A stretch of 45,679 nucleotides of DNA, taken from positions 1-45,679 of the forward strand of contig DBZX01000055.1 in assembly GCA_002311335.1 (NCBI GenBank). Reading direction: 5' to 3'. Within the stretch, counting starts at the first letter, position 1. Every line of letters begins with the position of its first letter. This DNA is from a bacterium UBP10_UBA1149 (GTDB lineage: Bacteria; Desulfobacterota; Binatia; UBA1149). A model generated the notes under the pieces. That model made no database searches. It was not told the DNA's origin and saw only the letters and a list, made by a program, of their open reading frames with translations. The position numbers were made by a program, and so were the translations under genes. Below, piece after piece: positions 1 through 8,612 of the stretch.

Positions 1-1607
1 GGCATGTACTCGTTGGTGTACCAGAAAGTGCACTCGTCTACCGGGTCTACGTTCATCGAACTGTAGTCGCCCCAGCGCGTGCTACCGGTCTGCGAGCTGC
101 TGCCAGCCACTATCGTTATCTCGCCGGTGGTCATCGTGCCCGCGGCGTCGCCCGCGGTGCGGCCCACGTAGCGCATGCCCGGAAAAAGCGTGCTGCTGCT
201 TATGCTGTAGCCCAGGGCTATGTTGCCGCTGCCGTCCATGGCTATGCTGCCCATCCAGCGGTGATGCGAATCCGGCGCCCACGTGCCCTCCTGGTGCAGG
301 GTCCAGTTGCTCGCGCCCGTGGTGCGCCTGAGTTCGAACCAGCGTATGCCGTGATGATCCGATGAGCCTCCGGCCACGTCGGTGACGAAGTTGCCTACCA
401 TGACTTCGTAGCTGCCCATGTTGCGGTACTGCACCCTGTGCATCACCACCTCGCGCAAGGGGTCGAGCCCGGTAGCGGTTCCCGGCTGCGGGGCGCATTC
501 GAACGACGACAGACCGCACAGTTCCGACTCGAACTCGGCCATGGCTATGTCCTGGGCCTTGGTGAGGGTCGAATTGCCCGGACTCGAAAAGTCTACGTCG
601 AAGTTCCAGATTTCGAGGTAGTCTTCCGTCGAGTTATTCGAACCGGCGTTGTGCACCTCGTCGTCGCGCTGGCGAAAGAGCATGCCCGGCGATCCCACGG
701 GCGGAGCCAGCGAACCGTCGGCGTCGGCCGGCTGCATCATCTGGAAACCGAAGCCAGACAGGGCGGGGGCCGTCAGGCGGACGTAGGCTGCCGAGGCGTC
801 TCCTGCCAGCATCTTGGTGCGGTCAAGCGCGTACACCGTCGGGGCGCTCTCGTTGGTGCCGACGTAGTAAGCGTCGTTCCAAACTCCATACTTGGGGTAG
901 TCGGGAAACTGCGGCACGGAGAAGTCGTAGCCGTACCACCCGCCGGCCACCGGGTCGGAGGTCTGGGAGACGTATACGCACAGGTGGAAACCGCTACCCG
1001 CGAACTCGCTCAGCACCCAGCGATTCGCGAGCTGGTCGTAGTTTACTATGGGATCACCGCGGCCAGACGAGCAGGCCCCGCTGCCCGACCACAAGGTGTG
1101 CAGGTTGGTGGGCCCGGCCACCGTGGCGCCGGTGCTCTTGTTGACCACGATAAAGGGCGTGCCGCTGCCGCCGTTGATCATCTGTATGTAGTAGGTGGGT
1201 CCTATGTCGCCCACGGTGTCGGGAGGGGAGACGAAGCTGTTGCCCTGGCCGTCGAAGTTGAGGGTCGGCGTGGTGAACGCTCTCGACGTAGAGCCGAACT
1301 TGAGCCCCGCGCTGGCCCGTTGCTGCACTGCCAGCAGGGGATCGGGCTGATCCAGCGTTGTCCAGTTGAGCGGGCCCTCGCCGCGGGGATAGATGCGCCG
1401 CTTGGGGCCTTCCATCACCGAGCGGCCGGGTAGGAAATCGTCTACCACCGGCAGGTCGCGAAGGTTGCCGTCGTAGCTGCTCATGGCCAGTGCCTGGCCG
1501 TGAGTGATTTCCTGGGCGGCAGCAGGGCTTGAGAGTATAAAAAGAGCCGAGGCTGTCGCGAGTGCAACTGCGCTTGTGCGAGCGAGTGTGAGCGGTTTGG
1601 CCTTCAT
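1..1607 (-). CDS. secreted hypothetical protein (signal peptide); 3' end of the gene lies outside the window
   Basis: Missing from the ORF track because it runs off the left edge. Reverse-strand translation from ATG (1607-1605) follows a purine-rich SD-like AAAGGGGGGA. It gives MKAKPLTLARTSAVALATASALFILSSPAAAQE... (basic n-region, hydrophobic core, AAAQ cleavage-like site). The frame stays open to base 1 (...GSTRWGDYSSMNVDPVDECTFWYTNEYM). GDP.V.YD and RWGDYS motifs recall beta-propeller (sialidase-like) folds, but function is unknown. Track ORFs 82..519(-), 418..621(+) and 438..1433(+) are off-frame or antisense shadows. Confidence 0.8.
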   Translation of the reverse strand, partial: MKAKPLTLARTSAVALATASALFILSSPAAAQEITHGQALAMSSYDGNLRDLPVVDDFLPGRSVMEGPKRRIYPRGEGPLNWTTLDQPDPLLAVQQRASAGLKFGSTSRAFTTPTLNFDGQGNSFVSPPDTVGDIGPTYYIQMINGGSGTPFIVVNKSTGATVAGPTNLHTLWSGSGACSSGRGDPIVNYDQLANRWVLSEFAGSGFHLCVYVSQTSDPVAGGWYGYDFSVPQFPDYPKYGVWNDAYYVGTNESAPTVYALDRTKMLAGDASAAYVRLTAPALSGFGFQMMQPADADGSLAPPVGSPGMLFRQRDDEVHNAGSNNSTEDYLEIWNFDVDFSSPGNSTLTKAQDIAMAEFESELCGLSSFECAPQPGTATGLDPLREVVMHRVQYRNMGSYEVMVGNFVTDVAGGSSDHHGIRWFELRRTTGASNWTLHQEGTWAPDSHHRWMGSIAMDGSGNIALGYSISSSTLFPGMRYVGRTAGDAAGTMTTGEITIVAGSSSQTGSTRWGDYSSMNVDPVDECTFWYTNEYM

Positions 1608-1811
1608 CTGTCCCCCCTTTCTTCGCGCCCGCCGAACTCGCCGCAGCGTCTCACACCCCGGTCAGAAGGGGGTGATTATGGCCGACGGTTGTCCACGGGC
1701 GCTGGTAGACAAGTTACTCCTCTCCCGGTGGTCCTGGCAAGGGAAAAGCGCCTTGGGAAGCGATTTCTTGTCAGAAAAGTTGCCGGGTGCTACCCGATCG
1801 GGGGGGTGGGG

Positions 1812-2378
1812 TCATTTTCCGCCGCCAGTGGCGGGGGTCAGGCTGCCGTCGGGCTTTTTCAGCAGCAGGCGGGGGCTCGGGCCCCCGACACCGTCGACGC
1901 GCAGCAGCAGCAGTGAAACCGGACCTTGCGGGCGGTCGGGACGGCGCAGTCCGCGGGCCGAAAATACCAGGCTTGAGGTGCCGTTTTCGTCGCGAAGCTC
2001 TTCGAAGACCAGCTGCCGTGTGGCCCCGTCGAAGGCCAGCCAGGCCAGCGACTGCCGGCTCCAGTCCAGCTGGGGTTTCCAGCTGGACAGCGCCGGCCAG
2101 TCAGAGCCGCGTGCGCTGTTGACCAGCGCCCGCCACTGTTGCTCGTCGCTGAGCAGACCGCGCGAGTAGGCTACGCCGTCTATGCTCAGCGCTTGTCCCC
2201 CGTCGAGCAAGGCGAGGCCAGAGCGGGGCAGGTCGGTGGCAAAGACTGCGAGGGTTTTATCCACGGGGCGTGTTGTCGGTTGCGCGCCGACCTTGCATCC
2301 GGCGCAAGCCAGCAGGCCCATCACCGCGGCGCAGGCCAGGGCCAGGGATACAGGCGGAACAGCGGCCGACAGCTTCAC
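1812..2378 (-). CDS. putative lipoprotein, unknown function
   Basis: 188-aa ORF with a GTG start. The N-terminus MKLSAAVPPVSLALACAAVMGLLACAGCKVG has a signal peptide with a lipobox-like LLAC/AGC cysteine. The rest is soluble-looking. I recognise no family. Confidence 0.6.
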   Translation of the reverse strand: MKLSAAVPPVSLALACAAVMGLLACAGCKVGAQPTTRPVDKTLAVFATDLPRSGLALLDGGQALSIDGVAYSRGLLSDEQQWRALVNSARGSDWPALSSWKPQLDWSRQSLAWLAFDGATRQLVFEELRDENGTSSLVFSARGLRRPDRPQGPVSLLLLRVDGVGGPSPRLLLKKPDGSLTPATGGGK

Positions 2379-2526
2379 GGCCAGCAGTCTACTGCCGATG
2401 GCCGGGGTCAGTCAAAGCTCGCGTCAAGGGCGAGACGGTGGCCCGGCCGGCTGTTCGGCCCAACAGCCCCCCGCAACTGACACCCCGGTCGCCCACTGCT
2501 GGAAACAGCGTCAGGGTGGCTACAGG

Positions 2527-3726
2527 CTAGAAATCAATCTGGAAACGAGCCTGCAGGGCATTGGCTTCGCCCAGCCCCCTGATATCGGCGTTTACCCAGT
2601 TAAGCATCACCCTCGTGGTCGGATCCAGGTACCAGTTCACGCCCAGCGTGAGGTCGTCGAGTTCCCCGCCGCTGACGCCGGCTCCTGCGTCGTTGAGATC
2701 CAGGTTTGACAGCCTCACGGCCAGTTCGAGGGCGCCACTGCCGCCGCCAGCCGTAAAATTGTCTGCCGGACGCAGGCGGCTGAACACACCCTTGCCGGCC
2801 TTGTAGGCGCGGCTCTCGCCGGTCACAAACCAGCTCGCGTAGGCGTACCAGCCCGACAGGTCGGCATCGCTGCCACCGGGTATCTCAAGCGAAGCCGCCA
2901 TGTACTCGCCCTGCAGCGAAAGCGGCCCGAGAACGGCGGCCGCCTCGAGGCCCAGCACGTCCATGCCCTCGGCCGCCAGGCTGCCGGTATCTACGAAGCG
3001 GTCGGCCAGGTGCACCTCGGGGCGTTGCCTGAGCCTGAGGAGGTTGTCTTCGGGGTCGCGGCTGGTCCACGAAAGGCCCAGGTGCAGCAGGCTGCCGTCT
3101 TCCTTGATCGGTGTGCCGGTAACACGGGCCGAGAAGTTCAGCTTTTTGTCGCCGCTGTCGCCAATGCCGTCGCTGTCGTGGAACAGGCCGGCTGCCAGCG
3201 TGAGGCGGTCGTCGAGCGCGGTGCTGTGAAATCCGAGCCCGGTGTTTCGCGAGGGCGCGAAGACACCCGGAAGCGAGCGCTCCATGAAGGTGATGTATTT
3301 CGAGCTGGTGAGCTCCTCGAGGCTGAAGGGCTCCTTGAAGTGACCGACTTTGACCGTGCCCAGGCGGGGGATGTTCTTTATACCCAGGTACACCTCCTTG
3401 AAGTCGGCGTTGTCACCGGCGAATTCGTATTGGGCTTTGAAGATCACGTAGCCGTAGATGGTGCCCGCCATGTATAACCTCGCGCGGCGGAATTCACTCG
3501 CGCCGGTCTGTTCGCCGATGGCTGTTTCTACGGCGCTGTCGGCGTCCCAGGACACGGTGTCGGCAGTGACCCTGCCACCCAGCTCGAGCGAGAAATCACT
3601 GTCGCTCGCCGATAGCTCGATCCCGTCTTTAGCGCTGAGGTCAAGTTCGGGGTTGGCAGCGGCGGGGCCAGGCGCAGGCATCATCATCAGTGCGGCGAGG
3701 GCCAGTGGTGCGTAGTACTCTCTCAT
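2527..3726 (-). CDS. phosphate-selective porin O/P family outer-membrane porin
   Basis: I moved the start to the internal ATG at 3726, which follows AGGAGAGGAAAGA, giving MREYYAPLALAALMMMPAPGPAAA (signal peptide). Motifs FRRARLYMAGTIYG, FKAQYEF, VKVGHFKEPFSLEELTSSKYITFMERSLP and the C-terminal ...ALQARFQIDF (terminal Phe) are typical of the OprO/OprP porin family (PF07396-like). Confidence 0.85.
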   Translation of the reverse strand: MREYYAPLALAALMMMPAPGPAAANPELDLSAKDGIELSASDSDFSLELGGRVTADTVSWDADSAVETAIGEQTGASEFRRARLYMAGTIYGYVIFKAQYEFAGDNADFKEVYLGIKNIPRLGTVKVGHFKEPFSLEELTSSKYITFMERSLPGVFAPSRNTGLGFHSTALDDRLTLAAGLFHDSDGIGDSGDKKLNFSARVTGTPIKEDGSLLHLGLSWTSRDPEDNLLRLRQRPEVHLADRFVDTGSLAAEGMDVLGLEAAAVLGPLSLQGEYMAASLEIPGGSDADLSGWYAYASWFVTGESRAYKAGKGVFSRLRPADNFTAGGGSGALELAVRLSNLDLNDAGAGVSGGELDDLTLGVNWYLDPTTRVMLNWVNADIRGLGEANALQARFQIDF

Positions 3727-4082
3727 TCTTTCCTCTCCTGTTTCTGCGCCGACAGGTTCTAGATTGGCTCGCCTCACGTGGGCGACTGGAACAGCGGCTA
3801 TCATCATGGGCGCTGTTGGTAAAGTGCTTGTGAGGCGATTGTCAGGTTTTGATTAGAAAGCGGTCGCGCGGCCCCCGGCAGAACCGCCGGCGACCACCCA
3901 GGCGGGGGCTCACCCCCAGCATGGGGAAGGGGAAAACACCCTGGGGTTAACACAAATCCCCTTCGCCCGGTCCGGCGTGGATGCCGTGACTCTCTGAAAC
4001 CCCTTGTATAGTGCGGCGGCAAGACCTGCGTGTGTTGCGTGGCGTAAGAAATACCCGTTCGGGTGCGAGAGCGGAGACCCCC

Positions 4083-4110
4083 AATGCATGTAGCATTGCA
4101 TTGACTACAT
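4083..4110. promoter_or_regulatory. two interleaved inverted repeats, candidate operator upstream of the XRE regulator gene
   Basis: AATGCA(4083-4088)-N8-TGCATT(4097-4102) interleaves with ATGTAG(4088-4093)-N11-CTACAT(4105-4110). They sit in a locally AT-richer patch about 60-85 bp upstream of the HTH gene start at 4168. Confidence 0.25.
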
Positions 4111-4167
4111 GGACTGCGTTGGGCTGCGACAGGTGCGGCGGCGAGGTGGGAACGACGGGGGTCGACA

Positions 4168-4431
4168 ATGGAAAATAAAAACATGGGTACGCTTATACGT
4201 AGCTTTCGTAAGACCCTGAGTATGACGCAGGAAGAACTTGCCCATCACCTGGGCATAACAGTGAGCACGGTAAATCGCTGGGAGAACGGTCACGCGCAAC
4301 CGAGCAGGATGGCCAGGATCGGCCTGGCATCGCTCGCAAACGAGCGCGGGGTGTCTTTCGGCGAGTCCGAGCGGCGGTCTGCATCAGCGGACGGCCTGGC
4401 AGGCAGGCCCTTAGCAGCGGCTCTTCGTTAA
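4168..4431 (+). CDS. XRE-family helix-turn-helix transcriptional regulator
   Basis: 87 aa. LIRSFRKTLSMTQEELAHHLGITVSTVNRWENGHAQPS is a canonical HTH_3/Cro-C1 motif. The C-terminal tail has low complexity. The start could instead be the second ATG, 5 codons downstream. Confidence 0.8.
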   Translation: MENKNMGTLIRSFRKTLSMTQEELAHHLGITVSTVNRWENGHAQPSRMARIGLASLANERGVSFGESERRSASADGLAGRPLAAALR

Positions 4432-4488
4432 GCCTGTTAAAAAGGGGAGGGGCTTTATAGGGCTGCGCCTGCCTGCTAGGTAGGGGCG

Positions 4489-5202
4489 GTGTACGCGCCC
4501 CCCCTACAGCCGGGCTGTCCCTGGTCGGCGCTGAGTTTGCTGGCCCCGCCAAACGTGGATTGGTGCGAGGCCCCCCTGTGTTCCTGGGTGGTAGAGCCGG
4601 CCAACACCTGGTCCAATATTGCCTACCTGCTCGTGGCCTTGCTGCTGTGGCGGCGCTCACAAGGCAAAACCGGCCGCGGCTTGGGCCTGTTTGCTCCCGC
4701 CATGCTGCTGACCGGCCTGTTTTCGCTCGTCTACCACGCGTCGTACAATTTCTTCACGCAGTTTTTTGATTTCGTGGGCATGTTCCTGTGGCTGGGCCTG
4801 CTGCTGGCCATTAACCGTGCCCGCCTTGGCGCTGCCGGCGGCGGGGCCATCGCTCGTGACCTGGGCTTCGTGGTGGCGGGTGGCTCTGTGCTGGTAGTGT
4901 TGTTCTACCTGCTCGGGATTCCCATCCAGCTCATCGTTCTGGGGCTGATCTTCGTGTTGCTGGGCCAGGAGATTGCCTGCAGCCGCCGCCCGGACCGGCC
5001 CGACGACTACCGCTGGTACGCGGTCATGCTCGTGCTGCTGGCGTCAGCAAGCGTTTTTTCGGCGCTCGACGTTACGCGAGTGTTCTGCGACCCCGACAAT
5101 CACTTTCTGCAAGGACACGCGACCTGGCACCTGCTGAGCGCGCTTTCGATGGGGGCTGGATATATGTTCTACGAGCAACTGGGCGCGCGGGGGCGAGGAT
5201 AA
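4489..5202 (+). CDS. alkaline ceramidase family (PF05875-like) integral membrane hydrolase
   Basis: GTG start, 237 aa, about 7 hydrophobic segments. VDWCE...EPANTWSNIAYL, YHASYNFFTQFFDFVGMF and GHATWHLLSALS correspond to the DWCE...AEFWNT.SN, FH......QLLDE.PM and H.WWH motifs of eukaryotic ACER/Ypc1 ceramidases as I recall them. Confidence 0.75.
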   Translation: MYAPPLQPGCPWSALSLLAPPNVDWCEAPLCSWVVEPANTWSNIAYLLVALLLWRRSQGKTGRGLGLFAPAMLLTGLFSLVYHASYNFFTQFFDFVGMFLWLGLLLAINRARLGAAGGGAIARDLGFVVAGGSVLVVLFYLLGIPIQLIVLGLIFVLLGQEIACSRRPDRPDDYRWYAVMLVLLASASVFSALDVTRVFCDPDNHFLQGHATWHLLSALSMGAGYMFYEQLGARGRG

Positions 5203-5205
5203 CAC

Positions 5206-6075
5206 ATGGTGTTGCTTACAGCAGTGTTGTCTCTCTTGTTCCTGTTGTTGCCGCCGGTGGTCGCAGCTGCCGATGGACCGATGGATTACCCGAGCCCGGC
5301 CGAGGTTGAAGAGCAGAGCCGGGTGGGCGAAAGTCTCACCGGCCGCGTACTCTACGACCGGCTTCTCAAGAATCGCAAGCGCCTCAAATCGAGCTACCAG
5401 GAGAGTCACGCCATCAGCAGCGACGAGGCCGGCAATCCGCAGCGGGTCAACTTCTGGACGCAGGCGCTCGACTACCGAGACGAAGAAGACGAGGCCACCG
5501 AGGACGTGTTCTCACGGACCATCGTCAAGTTCACGGGCCCCTACGAGCTGCGCCACACCGGATACCTGTTTATTCACCATGACCAGGCCGAGGACGAGCA
5601 GTTTATTTTTTCGCCCACGCGCGGGCGTACCCACCGCGTGAGCATGAAGGGACAGCATATAGCCGGCACCGATTTCAGTTTCGAGGATTTCCTCGTCAGC
5701 GTTGGTGACATAGAGGACGCCGACTACACCAGGCGGGCCGACGAAGAAGTAAAGGGGATGTCGTGCTACGTGGTCGAGGCCGTCATGCGACCCGAGGCCG
5801 ACTCGAGTTACACGCGCACGAAGAACTGGATTGAGAAAGAGCACTACGTTCCGGTCAAGACCGAGTACTGGGACGAGGCCGATGTCCTTGCCAAGCGAAT
5901 GGAGGCCCGGCACGACAGCATCAGCGAATTCGGTGGCACCTGGATCGCTACCGATTCGACCATGCACGACCTGCTCGAAGACACCCGCTCGCGATTGGTG
6001 GTCGACCTGCTCGAGCCCGAGCCGGGGCTCACCGACTCGGACTTCGCGTTGTCGAACCTTCAACAGAGACCCTGA
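5206..6075 (+). CDS. LolA-like outer-membrane lipoprotein-sorting protein (PF17131-like)
   Basis: 289 aa. It starts 3 nt after the ceramidase stop and follows GAGGA. Signal peptide MVLLTAVLSLLFLLLPPVVAAA. Motifs FIFSPTRGRTHRVSMKGQHIAGTDFSFEDF, YVVEAV and KEHYVPVKTEYWDE are typical of the LolA-like family usually found beside MMPL/RND-type exporters. Confidence 0.75.
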   Translation: MVLLTAVLSLLFLLLPPVVAAADGPMDYPSPAEVEEQSRVGESLTGRVLYDRLLKNRKRLKSSYQESHAISSDEAGNPQRVNFWTQALDYRDEEDEATEDVFSRTIVKFTGPYELRHTGYLFIHHDQAEDEQFIFSPTRGRTHRVSMKGQHIAGTDFSFEDFLVSVGDIEDADYTRRADEEVKGMSCYVVEAVMRPEADSSYTRTKNWIEKEHYVPVKTEYWDEADVLAKRMEARHDSISEFGGTWIATDSTMHDLLEDTRSRLVVDLLEPEPGLTDSDFALSNLQQRP

Positions 6076-6133
6076 GCCGCGCGGCCCGCTGCGTGGGCTG
6101 TCGGCGTCAAGCGTAGTTGAGCGTCAGCGCTGG

Positions 6134-8506
6134 TCAGCGCCGAAAACGAAGCAGCAGGGCGGGCAGCAGGGTGAGGTCGGCGAACAGGCAGATCATCATG
6201 GTCGTCGCCGCCAGTGCGCCCAGTTGCCTGAATGCCGCGAAACCCGACAGCAACAGCACCAGGAAACCGGACGACAGCATGATGGAGGTCACCACGATGG
6301 GCTTTCCCAGGGTGGCTATGCAGTCCGAAACGGCGGCCTCGGCCTGCATGCCGCGCTCGCGGCGGCGCTTGTAGCCCACCAGGAAGTGAGCGGTGTCGTC
6401 CACCGCCATTCCCAGTGCTATGCAGCCGAGCAGGCTGGTGGCGAGCGACAGCATGGCGACGCCTGCTCCCAGCAGGCCGAAGAAAACCAGCACGGGCACG
6501 AGGTTGGGTATCATCGCCAGCAAACCGGCACCCGCCGAGCGGAAGAACCTGGACATGAGTACAAAGATCGCCAGCGCCGCGAAGGCAACGATGGTGGTCT
6601 GCGTACGCGCGAGGCTGTCGGCGCCGTGGTTCAGTACGATGGTGTTGCCAGTGACGTTGGCTTCAATACCGGCGGGGAGCCCAGCCCGGGTTATTGCCGC
6701 GTTGAGGTCGTCTTCGAGTTGCCGGACAGCGGCCGAACCCGTAGCCGAGCTGCGCACCAGCAGGTTGGCGCTGCTGTGGTTGCTGTTGACGAGGCCCCGT
6801 ACGCGGTTGCGCGGCAGCATGAACATGAGCTCGGCCACGCCGGCCTTGCTGTCGGGTATGCGCTCTGCCGAGGGCTCGCCTTGTTCCATCGCGCGGTTAA
6901 GCGGGGCGATGAAATCTACGATGGTCGTGGTGGCCTTCACGCCGGGTACGCGATCGACCTCGGCCTGCAGTCGTTCAAGTGCGCGCAGCGTGCCGGGTTC
7001 GCGAAAGGCTCCTTCCTGCCCACCGTGCAGCGCCACGTAAACCGGCGACGCGCCGGTGAGCAGTCGACCGACTGCCGCAAAGTCTGTTCTCACTTTGGAG
7101 GACGGGTCAAAAAAGGTCAGGTAGTCGGTGTCGACCACGATGCTCGGCAGCAGGCCGGCCGATACCACGGCTACCAGCGCCCAGGCAGCCAGGATGGGCA
7201 GGGGACGGCGCGTACAAAAGCCCGCGGTCAAATTGAGCAGGCGCCGCAGGAGGGCGGTCGCGCGCAGTCCCACGCTCGTTTGTCTACGGCTGCCCCGCGG
7301 CGGCAGCAGGGAAAGAAGGGCGGGGATGGAACACAGCGAAGACACGGTGGCCCAGGCCACGCCGGTGGCGGCCAGCAGGCCCAGCTCCTGCGTGGCCGGG
7401 ATGTCGGACCCGGCAAGCGATGCAAAACCCGCCACCGTAGTGGCCCCGGCCATGAGCGTGGGAGCGACGGTGTCCTTGAGCGAGCCCAGCGCTGCGTCGC
7501 GGGCGTTCATGCCCTCGTCGACCAGTGCTTCGTAGCGCGCCAGTATGTGTATGCCGTAGACCGCGCCCACGCAGATGAGCACGGGGCCCAGGACGAGGGT
7601 GATCATGTTGAGCGGTCTGCCCAGCGCCGCCAACGAGGCGAAGACCCACAGCGTGGCCAGCACGCTGGCGCCCACCGGGATGAAACCCGCGCGAAGACTG
7701 CCGGTCACCAGCCACCCTACTAACGCGCCCACGGTCATGGCCAGTGGGATGAGCCACGACAGATCGCCGACCATGATGTGATGGGCCCGTGTCTTGACGT
7801 GCTGGCGACCGGTGACGTACACATTCGCGGGTGCCGGGAATTCCTCGATGGCGATGGCCCGGATGCTCTCGTCGAGTCCTGATAGCACGAAGTCGCCGTC
7901 ACTCATGCTGACAAAGGAGATGTTAAACGCAGCGGTGCGCCCGTCGGCCGAGACGATGCTGCGCGGATAAACCCTGTCCGACAGTGCGCGCTCCCTGAGC
8001 GCGGCCATGGCGCCGGGGTCTTCGGGCACCCGGTCTATCAGCCTGCGCACCAGCACGGTGTCGATGTCGGCGTCGTAACCGTAGTGGGTGGTGGTCACCA
8101 GGCTGTCCACGTTGCGCACGCCCTTGAGCCGTCGCAGCCGGTTGCTGGCCGTCTGCATGGCGAGTAGGAACTCGGTGTTGAAGACCTCGGCCGTCTCCAC
8201 GGCCACCACGTAGACGTTGTCGTCCCCGAAATTAGCGGTGGCCCGGTGGTAGGGCGCCAGCCCCGGGTCGTCGGGTGCAAGCATGGGCTCTTCGCTCGGG
8301 TCCAGGCGCATGCGCAGCGAGGGGCCGGCAGGATCAATCAGCGCTGCCATTGACAGCAGCGAGAGCAGCAGGGGTACGGCCAGCACCAGGAGGGGGTGAT
8401 CGACGATGCTGCGCGGCCGGTACCAGGCCAGGGCGGCAGCGGCGATGAGCACCGAAGCGGTCAGCGTTGCAATCACGGGCAGGGTAATAGCGGGCGGGGC
8501 AAGCAT
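6134..8506 (-). CDS. MMPL/RND-superfamily exporter (two 6-TM bundles with two periplasmic domains)
   Basis: 790-aa ORF. Hydrophobic blocks alternate with two large soluble domains. The sterol-sensing/MMPL-like segments GAVYGIHILARY and GMAVDDTAHFLVGY are present. The antisense 630-aa ORF 5831..7723 is an R/G/Q-rich shadow. Confidence 0.85.
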   Translation of the reverse strand: MLAPPAITLPVIATLTASVLIAAAALAWYRPRSIVDHPLLVLAVPLLLSLLSMAALIDPAGPSLRMRLDPSEEPMLAPDDPGLAPYHRATANFGDDNVYVVAVETAEVFNTEFLLAMQTASNRLRRLKGVRNVDSLVTTTHYGYDADIDTVLVRRLIDRVPEDPGAMAALRERALSDRVYPRSIVSADGRTAAFNISFVSMSDGDFVLSGLDESIRAIAIEEFPAPANVYVTGRQHVKTRAHHIMVGDLSWLIPLAMTVGALVGWLVTGSLRAGFIPVGASVLATLWVFASLAALGRPLNMITLVLGPVLICVGAVYGIHILARYEALVDEGMNARDAALGSLKDTVAPTLMAGATTVAGFASLAGSDIPATQELGLLAATGVAWATVSSLCSIPALLSLLPPRGSRRQTSVGLRATALLRRLLNLTAGFCTRRPLPILAAWALVAVVSAGLLPSIVVDTDYLTFFDPSSKVRTDFAAVGRLLTGASPVYVALHGGQEGAFREPGTLRALERLQAEVDRVPGVKATTTIVDFIAPLNRAMEQGEPSAERIPDSKAGVAELMFMLPRNRVRGLVNSNHSSANLLVRSSATGSAAVRQLEDDLNAAITRAGLPAGIEANVTGNTIVLNHGADSLARTQTTIVAFAALAIFVLMSRFFRSAGAGLLAMIPNLVPVLVFFGLLGAGVAMLSLATSLLGCIALGMAVDDTAHFLVGYKRRRERGMQAEAAVSDCIATLGKPIVVTSIMLSSGFLVLLLSGFAAFRQLGALAATTMMICLFADLTLLPALLLRFRR

Positions 8507-8612
8507 CGCAGCGCAACCATCTTGCCCCAGTGCTGGACCTATAGCACGGCGCTACCCGTTTTCGGCTTGCTATTGACACCACTCCTGCACGCTGCAAGAG
8601 TGCCCACGTACA

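Noticed and set aside
438-1433. 331-aa + strand ORF, plus 82..519(-) and 418..621(+)
   Set aside because: The composition is Arg/Gly/Ala/His-rich and nonsense-like. It lies exactly antisense or off-frame to a much better minus-strand gene (1..1607) that has a signal peptide, an SD and sensible motifs. This is a typical high-GC shadow ORF.
3826-3845. Pho-box-like direct repeat (CTGACAA-TCGC-CTCACAA on the minus strand) upstream of the phosphate-type porin
   Set aside because: Only about 5/7 and 4/7 matches to the CTGTCAT half-sites. That is too degenerate to call without a genome-wide motif model or an expression test.
5831-7723. 630-aa + strand ORF
   Set aside because: It is extremely Arg/Gly/Gln/His-rich with no hydrophobic core, and it is antisense to the well-supported MMPL exporter gene (6134..8506).
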